NCBI GenBank assembly: GCA_022711335.1
Contig: JAKLFF010000004.1
Span: forward strand, 10,592-74,591
Length of the DNA: 64,000 nucleotides
Source of the DNA: Patescibacteria group bacterium
Lineage (GTDB): Bacteria > Patescibacteriota > Minisyncoccia > Moranbacterales > UBA2206
Direction: 5' to 3'
The notes under the pieces were generated by a model that did no database searches, was not told where the DNA came from, and worked only from the letters and a program-made list of their open reading frames with translations. Position 1 is the stretch's first letter. Every line of letters starts with the position of its first letter. Position numbers and translations under genes: made by a program. This document shows positions 29,470-37,916 of the stretch, piece after piece.

Positions 29470-29913
29470 TCACTTACCAATAATTTGAAGCGCGATCTGC
29501 CTCGGTCTTGAATCATCTAGCTCCACGGCAAAAATCCGCTGCCATTGTCCGAGCTGCAACTTAGATTTCACAATATTAAGAAACACTCCCGGAGTGAGAA
29601 AAACGGCTTTACAGTGGCTATGACCGTTTATCGGCTCGTTCGGATTCATATTGACTGTCCGAATTTCAAAATTATCGTGCATGTATTCCATTGTCCGAGG
29701 CGCTACTTTCTCCAGGGTTTTTTTGAGATCCCCGAGAAGCAGCGGTTCGGCTTCCTGGATTATCACTGCCATTGTCGTATGCATAGACTGGACATTTATT
29801 ATTCCATCCTTAATTCCCTTTTCTTTGATTACTTTTTTTACCTTATCCGTAACATCAATAAAATCCAAAGTAGCATTGGTAGTTAGATTTAGAACATGGT
29901 TTACAATTTTCAT
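29470..29913 (-). CDS. YjbQ/UPF0047 family protein
   Basis: ...VQSMHTTMAVIIQE...NGHSHCKA... Confidence 0.65.
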   Translation of the reverse strand: MKIVNHVLNLTTNATLDFIDVTDKVKKVIKEKGIKDGIINVQSMHTTMAVIIQEAEPLLLGDLKKTLEKVAPRTMEYMHDNFEIRTVNMNPNEPINGHSHCKAVFLTPGVFLNIVKSKLQLGQWQRIFAVELDDSRPRQIALQIIGK

Positions 29914-29975
29914 TTTTTATATTAACCCTATTGAATATTTTTTCTTTCAGAAAAAATAATTTTGCAAAGCAAAAT

Positions 29976-30653
29976 TTATTCAGCAGGGTAAATTATTTTT
30001 TGAGATATTTTTTTTAATAACTCTACAGCCTTTTTATCTTGCTTAATCAGTATAATCTTTTTCATTATTTCATCAAGGGAAGCCGGCAAATGGCTGTTTT
30101 TGGAAAGAAAAATTCTCATTGATTTTTCGTTTGGGTTATTCTCAATATATCTGGCTATCATCGCATACCAAAGATTGTACGTTTCCCTGCTTATGCTTAT
30201 ATCCATTCCTAAAAATGGCGGGTTATTGAAATAGTTTTTGAGCTTTTCCCAGTTATTATATTCACCATAGGAAAATTCATCTTCCAAAATTTTTGACGGA
30301 AAATTATATAAATCGGAAGTATTTTGCAATTTGTAAAATCCCAGATCATTTAGAATTTTTTCCCTCTTCATATCGCACCAAAGATGAAATTTCCATCCAG
30401 CTTGAAATGAAGTTAATCCCGAAAAATCCAGATTAAGCGGAAGAAACTTCATATGAGTATCTTTTCTTTTCACGTTTTCATCAATTCTCCGGATATCCGG
30501 AAAAACACAGCCCAGAAGAAATTCGTCTTTATTTAACTTCCCCAGAGGATAAGAAATTTTTTCTTCGCCATTGGAATTTTTAACGAGAGACCCTGTTTCA
30601 AGAGCTTCAAAATATTTTTTCGCATAGACGATATGGGAAATTTGGGAGGCCAT
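29976..30653 (-). CDS. Hypothetical protein, possibly a metal-dependent hydrolase-like fold
   Basis: H/D-containing motifs SHIVYA, GCVFPDIRR, KFHLWCD; weak call. Confidence 0.35.
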   Translation of the reverse strand: MASQISHIVYAKKYFEALETGSLVKNSNGEEKISYPLGKLNKDEFLLGCVFPDIRRIDENVKRKDTHMKFLPLNLDFSGLTSFQAGWKFHLWCDMKREKILNDLGFYKLQNTSDLYNFPSKILEDEFSYGEYNNWEKLKNYFNNPPFLGMDISISRETYNLWYAMIARYIENNPNEKSMRIFLSKNSHLPASLDEIMKKIILIKQDKKAVELLKKISQKIIYPAE

Positions 30654-30738
30654 AAGATTGTATTTAGTATAAAGTATTTTTGAAAAAATAAAAAATGGCT
30701 GCCGAAATTATATTCCGACAGCCGTAAGACACGACATA

Positions 30739-31071
30739 TCATCGAAGACATGCGTTATACGATGATTCAATCAACCGGTCGCCATTGGCAACCGCTGCTG
30801 AAACTTTTCTCAAAATCAAAATCAACCCGCTGTTTTCAACAGTTGCTACATTCCTTCCTGTGTTTTGAAGCAAAAACTCTCCCGGCTGCATAATGAAAAG
30901 AGAACCGATATCATTTCCTTCTAAAATTTCGAAAAAACGTGGAATCTCTGCTTGAAGAATCAAACATCCTTCCGCCTCACAGCAAATCCACTTTTTGAAA
31001 TTTGGGTTTACGAACACTTCTTTTTTTCTACGACAAAAACCGCAAAAATAGCTGACTTTCAACATGGCCAT
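30739..31071 (-). CDS. Hypothetical Cys-rich small protein
   Basis: CGFC...CC..EGC at the N-terminus. Confidence 0.35.
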   Translation of the reverse strand: MAMLKVSYFCGFCRRKKEVFVNPNFKKWICCEAEGCLILQAEIPRFFEILEGNDIGSLFIMQPGEFLLQNTGRNVATVENSGLILILRKVSAAVANGDRLIESSYNACLR

Positions 31072-31094
31072 CTGAATTCTCCTTTGAAATAAGT

Positions 31095-32666
31095 TTATTT
31101 CACCCAGTATTTCCCCTTCGTTTCCTCGTCTTCTAATTTCTGTTCTTCCTTAATCTTATTTTTTGCCATTTCGCGAAGATTGCTCAAATCCTCGTTTAAC
31201 AGCTTTTTTGCAAATTTTAAAAGATCTTTTTTATCATTTAGCTCTGGTTTTTCTATAACTTCAGCCAATAAAACATCCAATATCCCCCCTATTTTCGGCC
31301 CCGGTTGCATTTTAAGCTCTCTTATTAAGTCATTTCCGTTAATTTTCAACTGTTTCACAGAAATCGGGTCTTTCGACACCTTTTCCACCATATATTTAAA
31401 ATGGCGTAATTTATAAGGAACGGCTTTTTTGACTCCAGATCCCAGTCGGTCAGCAATCCGAACATCAATCAGGTCGTTTATATTTTCCATTCCTACTTTC
31501 CGCACTACCCTTCGCACTCCTGCCTCCCCTACTTCATCCACATTGTAGTAGAACATATGATTCTGCACTAAAAGTACGGTTTTGTCAATAGTTTCACGTG
31601 AAAACCGCAGCCGCGACAAAATCTGGCGCGTAATTTTCGCTCCAGCATACTGATGATTATAGAAAGTTGTCGCTTTTCCCGATCCGCCTTTAGTTTGAGG
31701 CTTGCCAATATCATGCAATAGGCTTGCTAGGCGCACTTCCAGCTTTTTTGACGGACATTTTTCCAAACTCGCGATCAAATGGTCAAAAACATGGCGGTAT
31801 GGGCCATCATAATGATGAAAACCTTGCTCCATCCCGACAGCCTTTTCAAATTCCGGAATAAATTGTCGAAGCAATCCTGTTTCATGAAGCATAATTACTC
31901 CTTCGGCTGGATGGTCAGAAAGAATAATTTTTTCAAATTCATCTCTAATCCTTTCGGCAGATATAAATTTTAAGTTTCCAGCGTTCTTTCTTATTGCATT
32001 AAATGTATTATTTTCAATCTCCCAGCCGTTTTGAATTTTTAATTTCGAATTTTGATATTGTTTCGGATTTCGAATTTCGGATTTCGGATTTCCATTGAGC
32101 GTACTCGCGAAACGGACTGCTCTCATCATCCGAAGAGCATCCTCATTAAATCTATCATCCGCATTTCCAACTGCTCGTATTATTCTACTTTTTAAATCTT
32201 TCTGCCCATCGAACGGATCAATAATTTCATAGCACATATCCTCTGCCCCTCTCTGAGGGGAAGTGCCCGAAGGGCGAAGGGGTGGGATTTTTATCGCTAG
32301 CGAGTTAATCGTAAAATCTCTCCTACTCAAATCTTCTTCTAAAGTTTTTGCAAACTTGATTTCATCCGGATGCCTTTTGTCAGTATATTTCGATTCAATC
32401 CGATAAGTTGTAATTTCAACGACATCCACAGTATCCTCACCTTCTTTGATTTTAATTCCGACAGTTCCAAACTGATTTTCATAAACAGAATCGGGGAAAA
32501 TTTTCAAAACTTCTTCCGGCTTGGCATTTGTTGCGATGTCCCAGTCTTTTGGAGCTTTATTAAGCATCAAATCCCGCACGCATCCGCCCACGACAAAAGC
32601 CTTAAAACCGCCAGTTTCGAGTTTTTTGATTATATCCGATACATAATCCGGCATTAAATTTTTCAT
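31095..32666 (-). CDS. cca: CCA-adding tRNA nucleotidyltransferase with an HD domain; carries two in-frame repeat insertions
   Basis: GGCVRDLMLNK..DWDIAT head domain; HD motif LASLLHDIGKP; inserts PPLRPSGTSPQRGAEDM (GC hairpin at 32246..32286) and NGNPKSEIRNPKQYQNSKLKIQNGW (AT repeat at 32030..32100). Confidence 0.85.
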   Translation of the reverse strand: MKNLMPDYVSDIIKKLETGGFKAFVVGGCVRDLMLNKAPKDWDIATNAKPEEVLKIFPDSVYENQFGTVGIKIKEGEDTVDVVEITTYRIESKYTDKRHPDEIKFAKTLEEDLSRRDFTINSLAIKIPPLRPSGTSPQRGAEDMCYEIIDPFDGQKDLKSRIIRAVGNADDRFNEDALRMMRAVRFASTLNGNPKSEIRNPKQYQNSKLKIQNGWEIENNTFNAIRKNAGNLKFISAERIRDEFEKIILSDHPAEGVIMLHETGLLRQFIPEFEKAVGMEQGFHHYDGPYRHVFDHLIASLEKCPSKKLEVRLASLLHDIGKPQTKGGSGKATTFYNHQYAGAKITRQILSRLRFSRETIDKTVLLVQNHMFYYNVDEVGEAGVRRVVRKVGMENINDLIDVRIADRLGSGVKKAVPYKLRHFKYMVEKVSKDPISVKQLKINGNDLIRELKMQPGPKIGGILDVLLAEVIEKPELNDKKDLLKFAKKLLNEDLSNLREMAKNKIKEEQKLEDEETKGKYWVK

Positions 32667-32676
32667 ATGTTTTGCG

Positions 32677-32749
32677 TGCGCTTGGCAGGAATCGAACCTG
32701 CGACGCCCGCCTTAGGACGGCGGCGCTCTATCCACTGAGCTACAAGCGC
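32677..32749 (-). tRNA. tRNA-Arg(CCT)
   Basis: GCGCTTGTAGCTCAGTGGATAGAGC...; anticodon loop GUCCUAA; no CCA. Confidence 0.7.
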
Positions 32750-32755
32750 AATTTT

Positions 32756-33307
32756 TTAGCCATTAACAATTTTTTCAATTTCCAAAAAAATTTTTTCATT
32801 CCAATTATGGCCAACTTTTCCTAACTCGATTAATTGTATCTTTTTTTCTTTTATTATTTCAGCTGCTTCGTTGTCAAAAAAATGATTATCATTTTTACCT
32901 CTTATTATAATGAGATCGTCTTTTGGAATTTCATCGATGATAGGAAGCGGATCAACCTGCATTAATTTTATCAAATTAATAATCCCCCGGAATATATATG
33001 GAAAACACCTGCTTCTTTTCTTTGTTATTTTTGATCTTTCGAATATTTCATGTTTTATCCATCTAAGAAACCAGTTTGATATTTTTCTTTTGGGCGCAAG
33101 CGGCATTGTTAATATTAATTTCGAATTTTTGTTCTTTTTCCAATTTAAGAGTGCCCAATTGGCGCCTGTACTATATCCGACAATATATTCAGCATCAATT
33201 TTTTGATTGATGTCTATTTTTTCTTTCCAAATATCCAGTCCCGGCCAATTCACTAAATTTTCAACTGTATCCATCCAGCCTGGAATAAAAATTATCTTTT
33301 TTTTCAT
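32756..33307 (-). CDS. Alpha/beta hydrolase-like protein
   Basis: KKIIFIPGW...GYSTGANWAL...; the start ATG abuts or overlaps the 3' end of tRNA-Ala. Confidence 0.5.
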   Translation of the reverse strand: MKKKIIFIPGWMDTVENLVNWPGLDIWKEKIDINQKIDAEYIVGYSTGANWALLNWKKNKNSKLILTMPLAPKRKISNWFLRWIKHEIFERSKITKKRSRCFPYIFRGIINLIKLMQVDPLPIIDEIPKDDLIIIRGKNDNHFFDNEAAEIIKEKKIQLIELGKVGHNWNEKIFLEIEKIVNG

Positions 33308-33380
33308 GGTGGACCTAGGCAGAATCGAACTGCCGCCCGTGCAATGCGAATGCACTGTTCTACCACTAGACTATAGGCCC
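33307..33380 (-). tRNA. tRNA-Ala(CGC)
   Basis: G3:U70 identity pair; anticodon loop UUCGCAU; CCA encoded. Confidence 0.75.
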
Positions 33381-33886
33381 TCAACTATTTTTAATACATC
33401 GCCATAGCAATCTCTTAGCCAATACGTATATTTTTCTGAATTATTTTTCAAATCTTTCGCCAGCCATTTGGTACTCGCCCATTTCCAATCTTCCGCCTCA
33501 TTTTTATTCAAAATAGGATCCTTGCTGTACTTTCCAAAAAAAACGTGGTCATATTCATATTCCGTAAAGCCATTGTCCAACTTGGCTTTGTACATGAAAG
33601 TATGGATTTCTTTTAATTCCGTGTCTATTCCCATTTCATCTATTAGCCTTCTTCTTGCCGCGTCTGCGGTTGCTTCTCCTGGAGCCGGATGGCTGCAGCA
33701 GGTATTCGACCATAATCCTCCGGAATGATATTTTCCGCCGGCTCTTTTTTGAAGCATCAGCTCGCCATTAGAATTAAAAATAAAAATTGAAAAACACCTG
33801 TGAAGCAGGCCTTTCTTATGCGCTTCCAGCTTTTCTTCCTCTCCAATCGCATTATCTTTTTTATCAACCAAAATCACTTTTTCCAT
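33371..33886 (-). CDS. idi: Isopentenyl-diphosphate delta-isomerase, type 1 (Nudix)
   Basis: ...WSNTCCSHP...E...; the last 3 codons overlap the 5' end of tRNA-Ala; stop codon is TAG. Confidence 0.8.
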   Translation of the reverse strand: MEKVILVDKKDNAIGEEEKLEAHKKGLLHRCFSIFIFNSNGELMLQKRAGGKYHSGGLWSNTCCSHPAPGEATADAARRRLIDEMGIDTELKEIHTFMYKAKLDNGFTEYEYDHVFFGKYSKDPILNKNEAEDWKWASTKWLAKDLKNNSEKYTYWLRDCYGDVLKIVEGL

Positions 33887-33898
33887 AAATTTACACTG

Positions 33899-33961
33899 TG
33901 GGTGTATCTGGACTTAAACCAGAGACCTTACGGATGTGAACTGTACGCTCTAACTTCACCC
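33899..33961 (-). pseudogene. tRNA-like remnant (D-arm-less, tRNA-Val-related)
   Basis: GGGTGAAG-TTAGAG...TCTGGTTTAAGTCCAGA-TACACCC; about 63 nt with acceptor and T-arm but no proper D-arm. Confidence 0.35.
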
Positions 33962-33974
33962 TGTTACATCTGAG

Positions 33975-34048
33975 TGGGTGCAAGTGGATTCGAACCACTG
34001 ACCCCTACCGTGTGAAGGTAGTACTCTAACCAACTGAGCTATGCACCC
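33975..34048 (-). tRNA. tRNA-Val(CAC)
   Basis: GGGTGCATAGCTCAGTTGGTTAGAG...; anticodon loop UUCACAC; flanked by a perfect 14-bp inverted repeat CCCTGTTACATCTG/CAGATGTAACAGGG. Confidence 0.8.
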
Positions 34049-34096
34049 AGATGTAACAGGGCAAGACTGAGCTAATCGTCCAAAGTCTTAAAATAG

Positions 34097-34169
34097 TGGA
34101 CCATACCGGGATCGAACCGGTCACCTCATCCATGCCATGGATGCGCTCTACCAGATGAGCTAATGGCCC
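34097..34169 (-). tRNA. tRNA-Ala(GGC)
   Basis: G3:U70; anticodon loop AUGGCAU; no CCA. Confidence 0.7.
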
Positions 34170-34266
34170 CAATATGCTTTCATTAAATATATTTTATCAT
34201 AAGCAACTAAATGTAGTTAGTCAATAAAAATTCAGGCTCGCTGCAGTTTCTGCAACGAGCCTGTTT

Positions 34267-34483
34267 GACACGCCAAAGTACTAAAAAATTAAGCCTCATG
34301 GAACTCTTTACGAAGAGTTTCAAAAAGCTCCTTTACGGAAATTATCCTTTCCGCAAGATACGCGTTTGTTCCGGCAAACGCAAAACCGTAGTGAAACTTT
34401 CCGAGCTTTGCATTTTTCAAAGCGCGCGCAATACAGTAGGGACTGCTTTTCATGAAGCAGGATTTGATGCACTGGTACGGGCA
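34267..34483 (-). other. Conserved C-terminal 72 codons of the FabK/NMO gene, lying downstream of an in-frame TAG
   Basis: Same frame as 34484..35356; translates CPYQCIKSCFMKSSPYCIARALKNAKLGKFHYGFAFAGTNAYLAERIISVKELFETLRKEFHEA*. Confidence 0.6.
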
Positions 34484-35356
34484 CTAGAAGGGCTGTTTTT
34501 TTCCTTCTTTAACTTCTTCCAAAAACTGGTTGTTAATAGCCCTTCCTGGCATGCCCACAGGACTTTTGATGATGACGATATCTTTTTCCTTCGCATCAAT
34601 GTAAGTCCGCTTGAATTCAACGTCGGCATCACACTCACTGGTCGTCACAAAACGAGTGGCCATTTGCACCGCACTCGCGCCAAGATTTAAAAACTTTCTG
34701 ATATCACTGCCGGTATAAATTCCTCCGGCAGGAATAACTGGAATCATACTCTTTCCTTTTTGACAAAATTCACTGACTGATTCAAAAACATCAACTACTA
34801 GCTTTTCCAATGAAAATTCCGGCTTATTAAGATCTTCTGCATTAAAACCAAGATGCCCGCCTGCTTTAGGCCCTTCCACTACAAAAGCGTCTGGCAAATA
34901 ATTAAAATTCTGCAGCCATCGTTTACATAACGCTCTTGCTGCTCGACCGGATGAAACGATGGGTATTAATTTTGTTTTACATCCTTCCTTGAGGTATTTT
35001 GGCAAATCCAAAGGAAGACCGGCGCCAGAAATGATAACATCAATTTTTTCTTCTATAGCCGCATTCACGAGGTCAGAAAAATTCGTGAGGGCCACCATAA
35101 TGTTAACACCCAGAATTCCTTTCGTAGCCTCCCGAGCTCTTCTAATTTCCCGTTTCAAAGCCCTAATATTCGCTTCGATCGAGTTAGAAATAATATCCGG
35201 TTCATCAATTCCAACCATTGCGGCAGCGATCACTCCAATTCCGCCTTCATTTGCAACGGCAGAAGCCAAACCGGAGCCAGAAATTCCCACACCCATGCCT
35301 CCTTGAATAATGGGGAGAGATAACTTTTTTAATAATTCTTTCATTGTCTCAATCAT
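34484..35356 (-). CDS. NAD(P)H-dependent flavin oxidoreductase (nitronate monooxygenase / FabK-like), N-terminal 290 codons up to an in-frame TAG
   Basis: IIQGGMGVGISGSGLASAVANEGGIGVI...; TAG at 34484-34486. Confidence 0.75.
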   Translation of the reverse strand: MIETMKELLKKLSLPIIQGGMGVGISGSGLASAVANEGGIGVIAAAMVGIDEPDIISNSIEANIRALKREIRRAREATKGILGVNIMVALTNFSDLVNAAIEEKIDVIISGAGLPLDLPKYLKEGCKTKLIPIVSSGRAARALCKRWLQNFNYLPDAFVVEGPKAGGHLGFNAEDLNKPEFSLEKLVVDVFESVSEFCQKGKSMIPVIPAGGIYTGSDIRKFLNLGASAVQMATRFVTTSECDADVEFKRTYIDAKEKDIVIIKSPVGMPGRAINNQFLEEVKEGKKQPF

Positions 35357-35477
35357 TTTATTTTATCCTTTTCTGTATAAGGTTTATATTCTGTAACTTT
35401 TAGATTTTAAGGAACTTGATAAGTTTATCACAGAATTTGTTTTATATATAATAAAGTGGTTATAATACAAGAAAGTC

Positions 35478-37334
35478 ATGAATTATATTTACTGTTTTTG
35501 GAGTAAACTCAAAATAAAACCAGATATTTGGTTTTTTTATGGATTTTTATTAACTTTTACTTTTAGTATCCGGAAAGTACTGTTTTACTTTCCAATTAAA
35601 GGAACTTTTAATGAATATACCGGAATATACGTTTATATTTCCGATATTTTTTTATTTTTCACGATGTTATCGTGGATTATACTCATATTATCCAATAAAA
35701 ACATTTATTTGTCAAACTGTAAGTTGTGGATAACTCAACTTATACACAGTTTATATTGTAAAATAGCCCTAGAATTAAAGTTTATTTTTTTTAATCGTTC
35801 AATTAACCTACCAAATAATTATTATGAAAATAGTTCAACTGATAAAGTCTCTAAATGTTCTACACATGCCTTATTACTTTCAAATGTTTCGTCTCTTGAA
35901 AAATGTTCCACGTGGAACATTACATGGAACAAACATGGTATATTCATCATTATTCCATTAGTCATTGTAATATGGTCATTTATATCAATCATATGGTCGT
36001 CTAATCAAACCATAGCTGTTTTTAGATCTATCAAACTTTTTGAGTATTTTTTGTTATATTCATATATTGCATTTAGACTTGTTCCATTTATTAAATCAAA
36101 AGTATGTTCCACATTTGCTTCACAAATTGTTCCACGTGGAACAATTTTTATGGGATGGAATAGTATAATGGTGATTATTATAATAATTGGCTTATTTCAG
36201 TCAATAATTGGAATCATCCACTTCATTGATCAACACTCAATTGGCCTTTTTTGGCTTAAAGAAAGCATAATTTCACCTGATATCGCTGGCGTAGCCAAAA
36301 TTGTTATAAATGGCCAGAAATATATCAGGGCCTATGGCCTATTTCCTCATCCCAATATTCTGGGTGGATTTTTGTTGTTTTCAATTATCATTACACTCAT
36401 GTATTACAGAATGTTCCATGCTTGCCGTGTAACATCTAATTGTTCTACGCCTGCCCCGTTTAATGTTCCACGTGGAACAATTCTCAATTCCCTTATCCTC
36501 GTCCAATCCATCGCATTTTTTTTAACATTTTCTAAATCAGCCATTCTGGGACTGACAATTTCCCTGTTTTATATGTATATTGCTCCTCATCTGGTTAGTG
36601 CGACTAAAATGTTCCACCCCATAAAACTTCAAAATGTTCCACATGGAACAATTGGAAGTAATGGGGCAGGCGTGGAACATTTCAAATCCCTAGACAGTAA
36701 AATGTCTTTAAATAATATAAAGCATGATCGTAATTTAAGAATTGCGTTATTAATATTTCTCATAATTATTCTGACTTTCTATCTATCATGGACAACCGTT
36801 GACTCAATGATCCGAAACTCAATTGAACAGCGTATAATCTATCTCAATGTTTCACGTGGAACAATATTGGCCAATCCAGTTCTTGGCATTGGAATGGGCC
36901 AATTCGTTCCCAATATGCAAAAATATACCGCTAATCTTGAACTATGGCAATTTCAGCCTGTTCATAACGTATTTTTACTAATTTGGTCAGAGTTGGGGAT
37001 AGTTGGATTAGGCTTTTTTACATATTGGATGTACAAAATGTTCCACATGAAACACAAAACCCTCTCTCCTTTACAAGGAGAGGGCTGGGATGAGGTAAAT
37101 AAGGTTACAAGCGAAACAAATGATAGGGAAGTAGCTAATTCTGATAAATCTATATTACAAAATAAAAGCAATTCTTTGTCAAGTGGTATAACCCTTCGGT
37201 ATTTTAAGGCAATTCTTCTTGGATTCATTTTTATAATGCTTTTTGACCACTATTTTTGGGATATCCAGCAGGGGAATATCATGCTTTGGATGACGATGGG
37301 ATTTATTGCTGGATTGAATAAAAATATTACATAA
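35478..37334 (+). CDS. O-antigen ligase (Wzy_C/WaaL-like) family membrane protein carrying multiple in-frame palindrome insertions
   Basis: Polytopic; ...YGLFPHPNILGG..., ...QPVHNVFLLIWSELGIVGL...; frame intact across 618 codons. Confidence 0.55.
   Translation: MNYIYCFWSKLKIKPDIWFFYGFLLTFTFSIRKVLFYFPIKGTFNEYTGIYVYISDIFLFFTMLSWIILILSNKNIYLSNCKLWITQLIHSLYCKIALELKFIFFNRSINLPNNYYENSSTDKVSKCSTHALLLSNVSSLEKCSTWNITWNKHGIFIIIPLVIVIWSFISIIWSSNQTIAVFRSIKLFEYFLLYSYIAFRLVPFIKSKVCSTFASQIVPRGTIFMGWNSIMVIIIIIGLFQSIIGIIHFIDQHSIGLFWLKESIISPDIAGVAKIVINGQKYIRAYGLFPHPNILGGFLLFSIIITLMYYRMFHACRVTSNCSTPAPFNVPRGTILNSLILVQSIAFFLTFSKSAILGLTISLFYMYIAPHLVSATKMFHPIKLQNVPHGTIGSNGAGVEHFKSLDSKMSLNNIKHDRNLRIALLIFLIIILTFYLSWTTVDSMIRNSIEQRIIYLNVSRGTILANPVLGIGMGQFVPNMQKYTANLELWQFQPVHNVFLLIWSELGIVGLGFFTYWMYKMFHMKHKTLSPLQGEGWDEVNKVTSETNDREVANSDKSILQNKSNSLSSGITLRYFKAILLGFIFIMLFDHYFWDIQQGNIMLWMTMGFIAGLNKNIT
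35903..37060. repeat. Array of at least 7 copies of the palindrome (A)ATGTTCCACGTGGAACA(TT), plus half-sites and an associated GCCTGCCCC submotif
   Basis: Perfect copies at 35903..35920, 36125..36146, 36465..36480; near-perfect copies at 36631..36652, 36846..36865, 37036..37056; half-sites at 36104, 36411, 36607, 36671. Confidence 0.8.
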
Positions 37335-37569
37335 AAATATTTTCTAAATTGTTTCCATCTTTTTCCCAGTTAATTGGATTTTTAAAAATATATTCGCGAA
37401 TTTTATTCAATTCAATTTCATTTCGAATGATACGATCATAAAAAGACCGTTGCCAAATATTTGTAATACAGGAAATATTTTTTGATTTCATTAATTGAAT
37501 ATATTCTACGGCTGATTTGGATTTAAACGTTTGGATTATTTTTGATAATAATCCAATTTGATTAGAATT

Positions 37570-37651
37570 TTGTAGGGACAGACCTTATGTCTGTCCTGAA
37601 TTTTTTATTTGTATTTTTTTATTTTGGGCGGACACAAGGTCCGCCCCTACA
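37570..37651. repeat. REPIN/BIME-like 82-bp element, copy L (TIR TTGTAGGG/CCCTACAA, two 8-bp-stem hairpins)
   Basis: GGACAGAC-CTTAT-GTCTGTCC and GGGCGGAC-ACAAG-GTCCGCCC. Confidence 0.6.
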
Positions 37652-37905
37652 TTTCCGATAATCTCTATGATCAAATGAACATGGTTTGGCATTATTATGT
37701 TTTCATCTAAAAATACACTTGGAGAATAATTTGAAACATTATTTAAATTTTTTAAAATAATCTTTCCCACATCATTCAAAACCATTTCTGTATTTTTAAT
37801 TTCACCAAAAAATTCTTCACGATTTTTTGTACAGATGGTAATAAAATACATTCCTTGCTGTGAATAATCATAACTATTGAGGCGATTTAATTTACGGTTT
37901 TTCAT
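37585..37905 (-). pseudogene. Truncated REP-associated tyrosine transposase (RAYT / IS200-like TnpA), N-terminal half only
   Basis: YDYSQQGMYFITICTKNREEFFGEI...MPNHVHLIIEI, then the reading frame runs into the REPIN copy; the catalytic C-terminal Tyr region is missing. Confidence 0.6.
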
Positions 37906-37916
37906 TGGAAATATGG

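Noticed and set aside
34265-34690. 141-aa plus-strand ORF
   Set aside because: It is antisense to the conserved FabK/NMO C-terminal coding region and has no motif.
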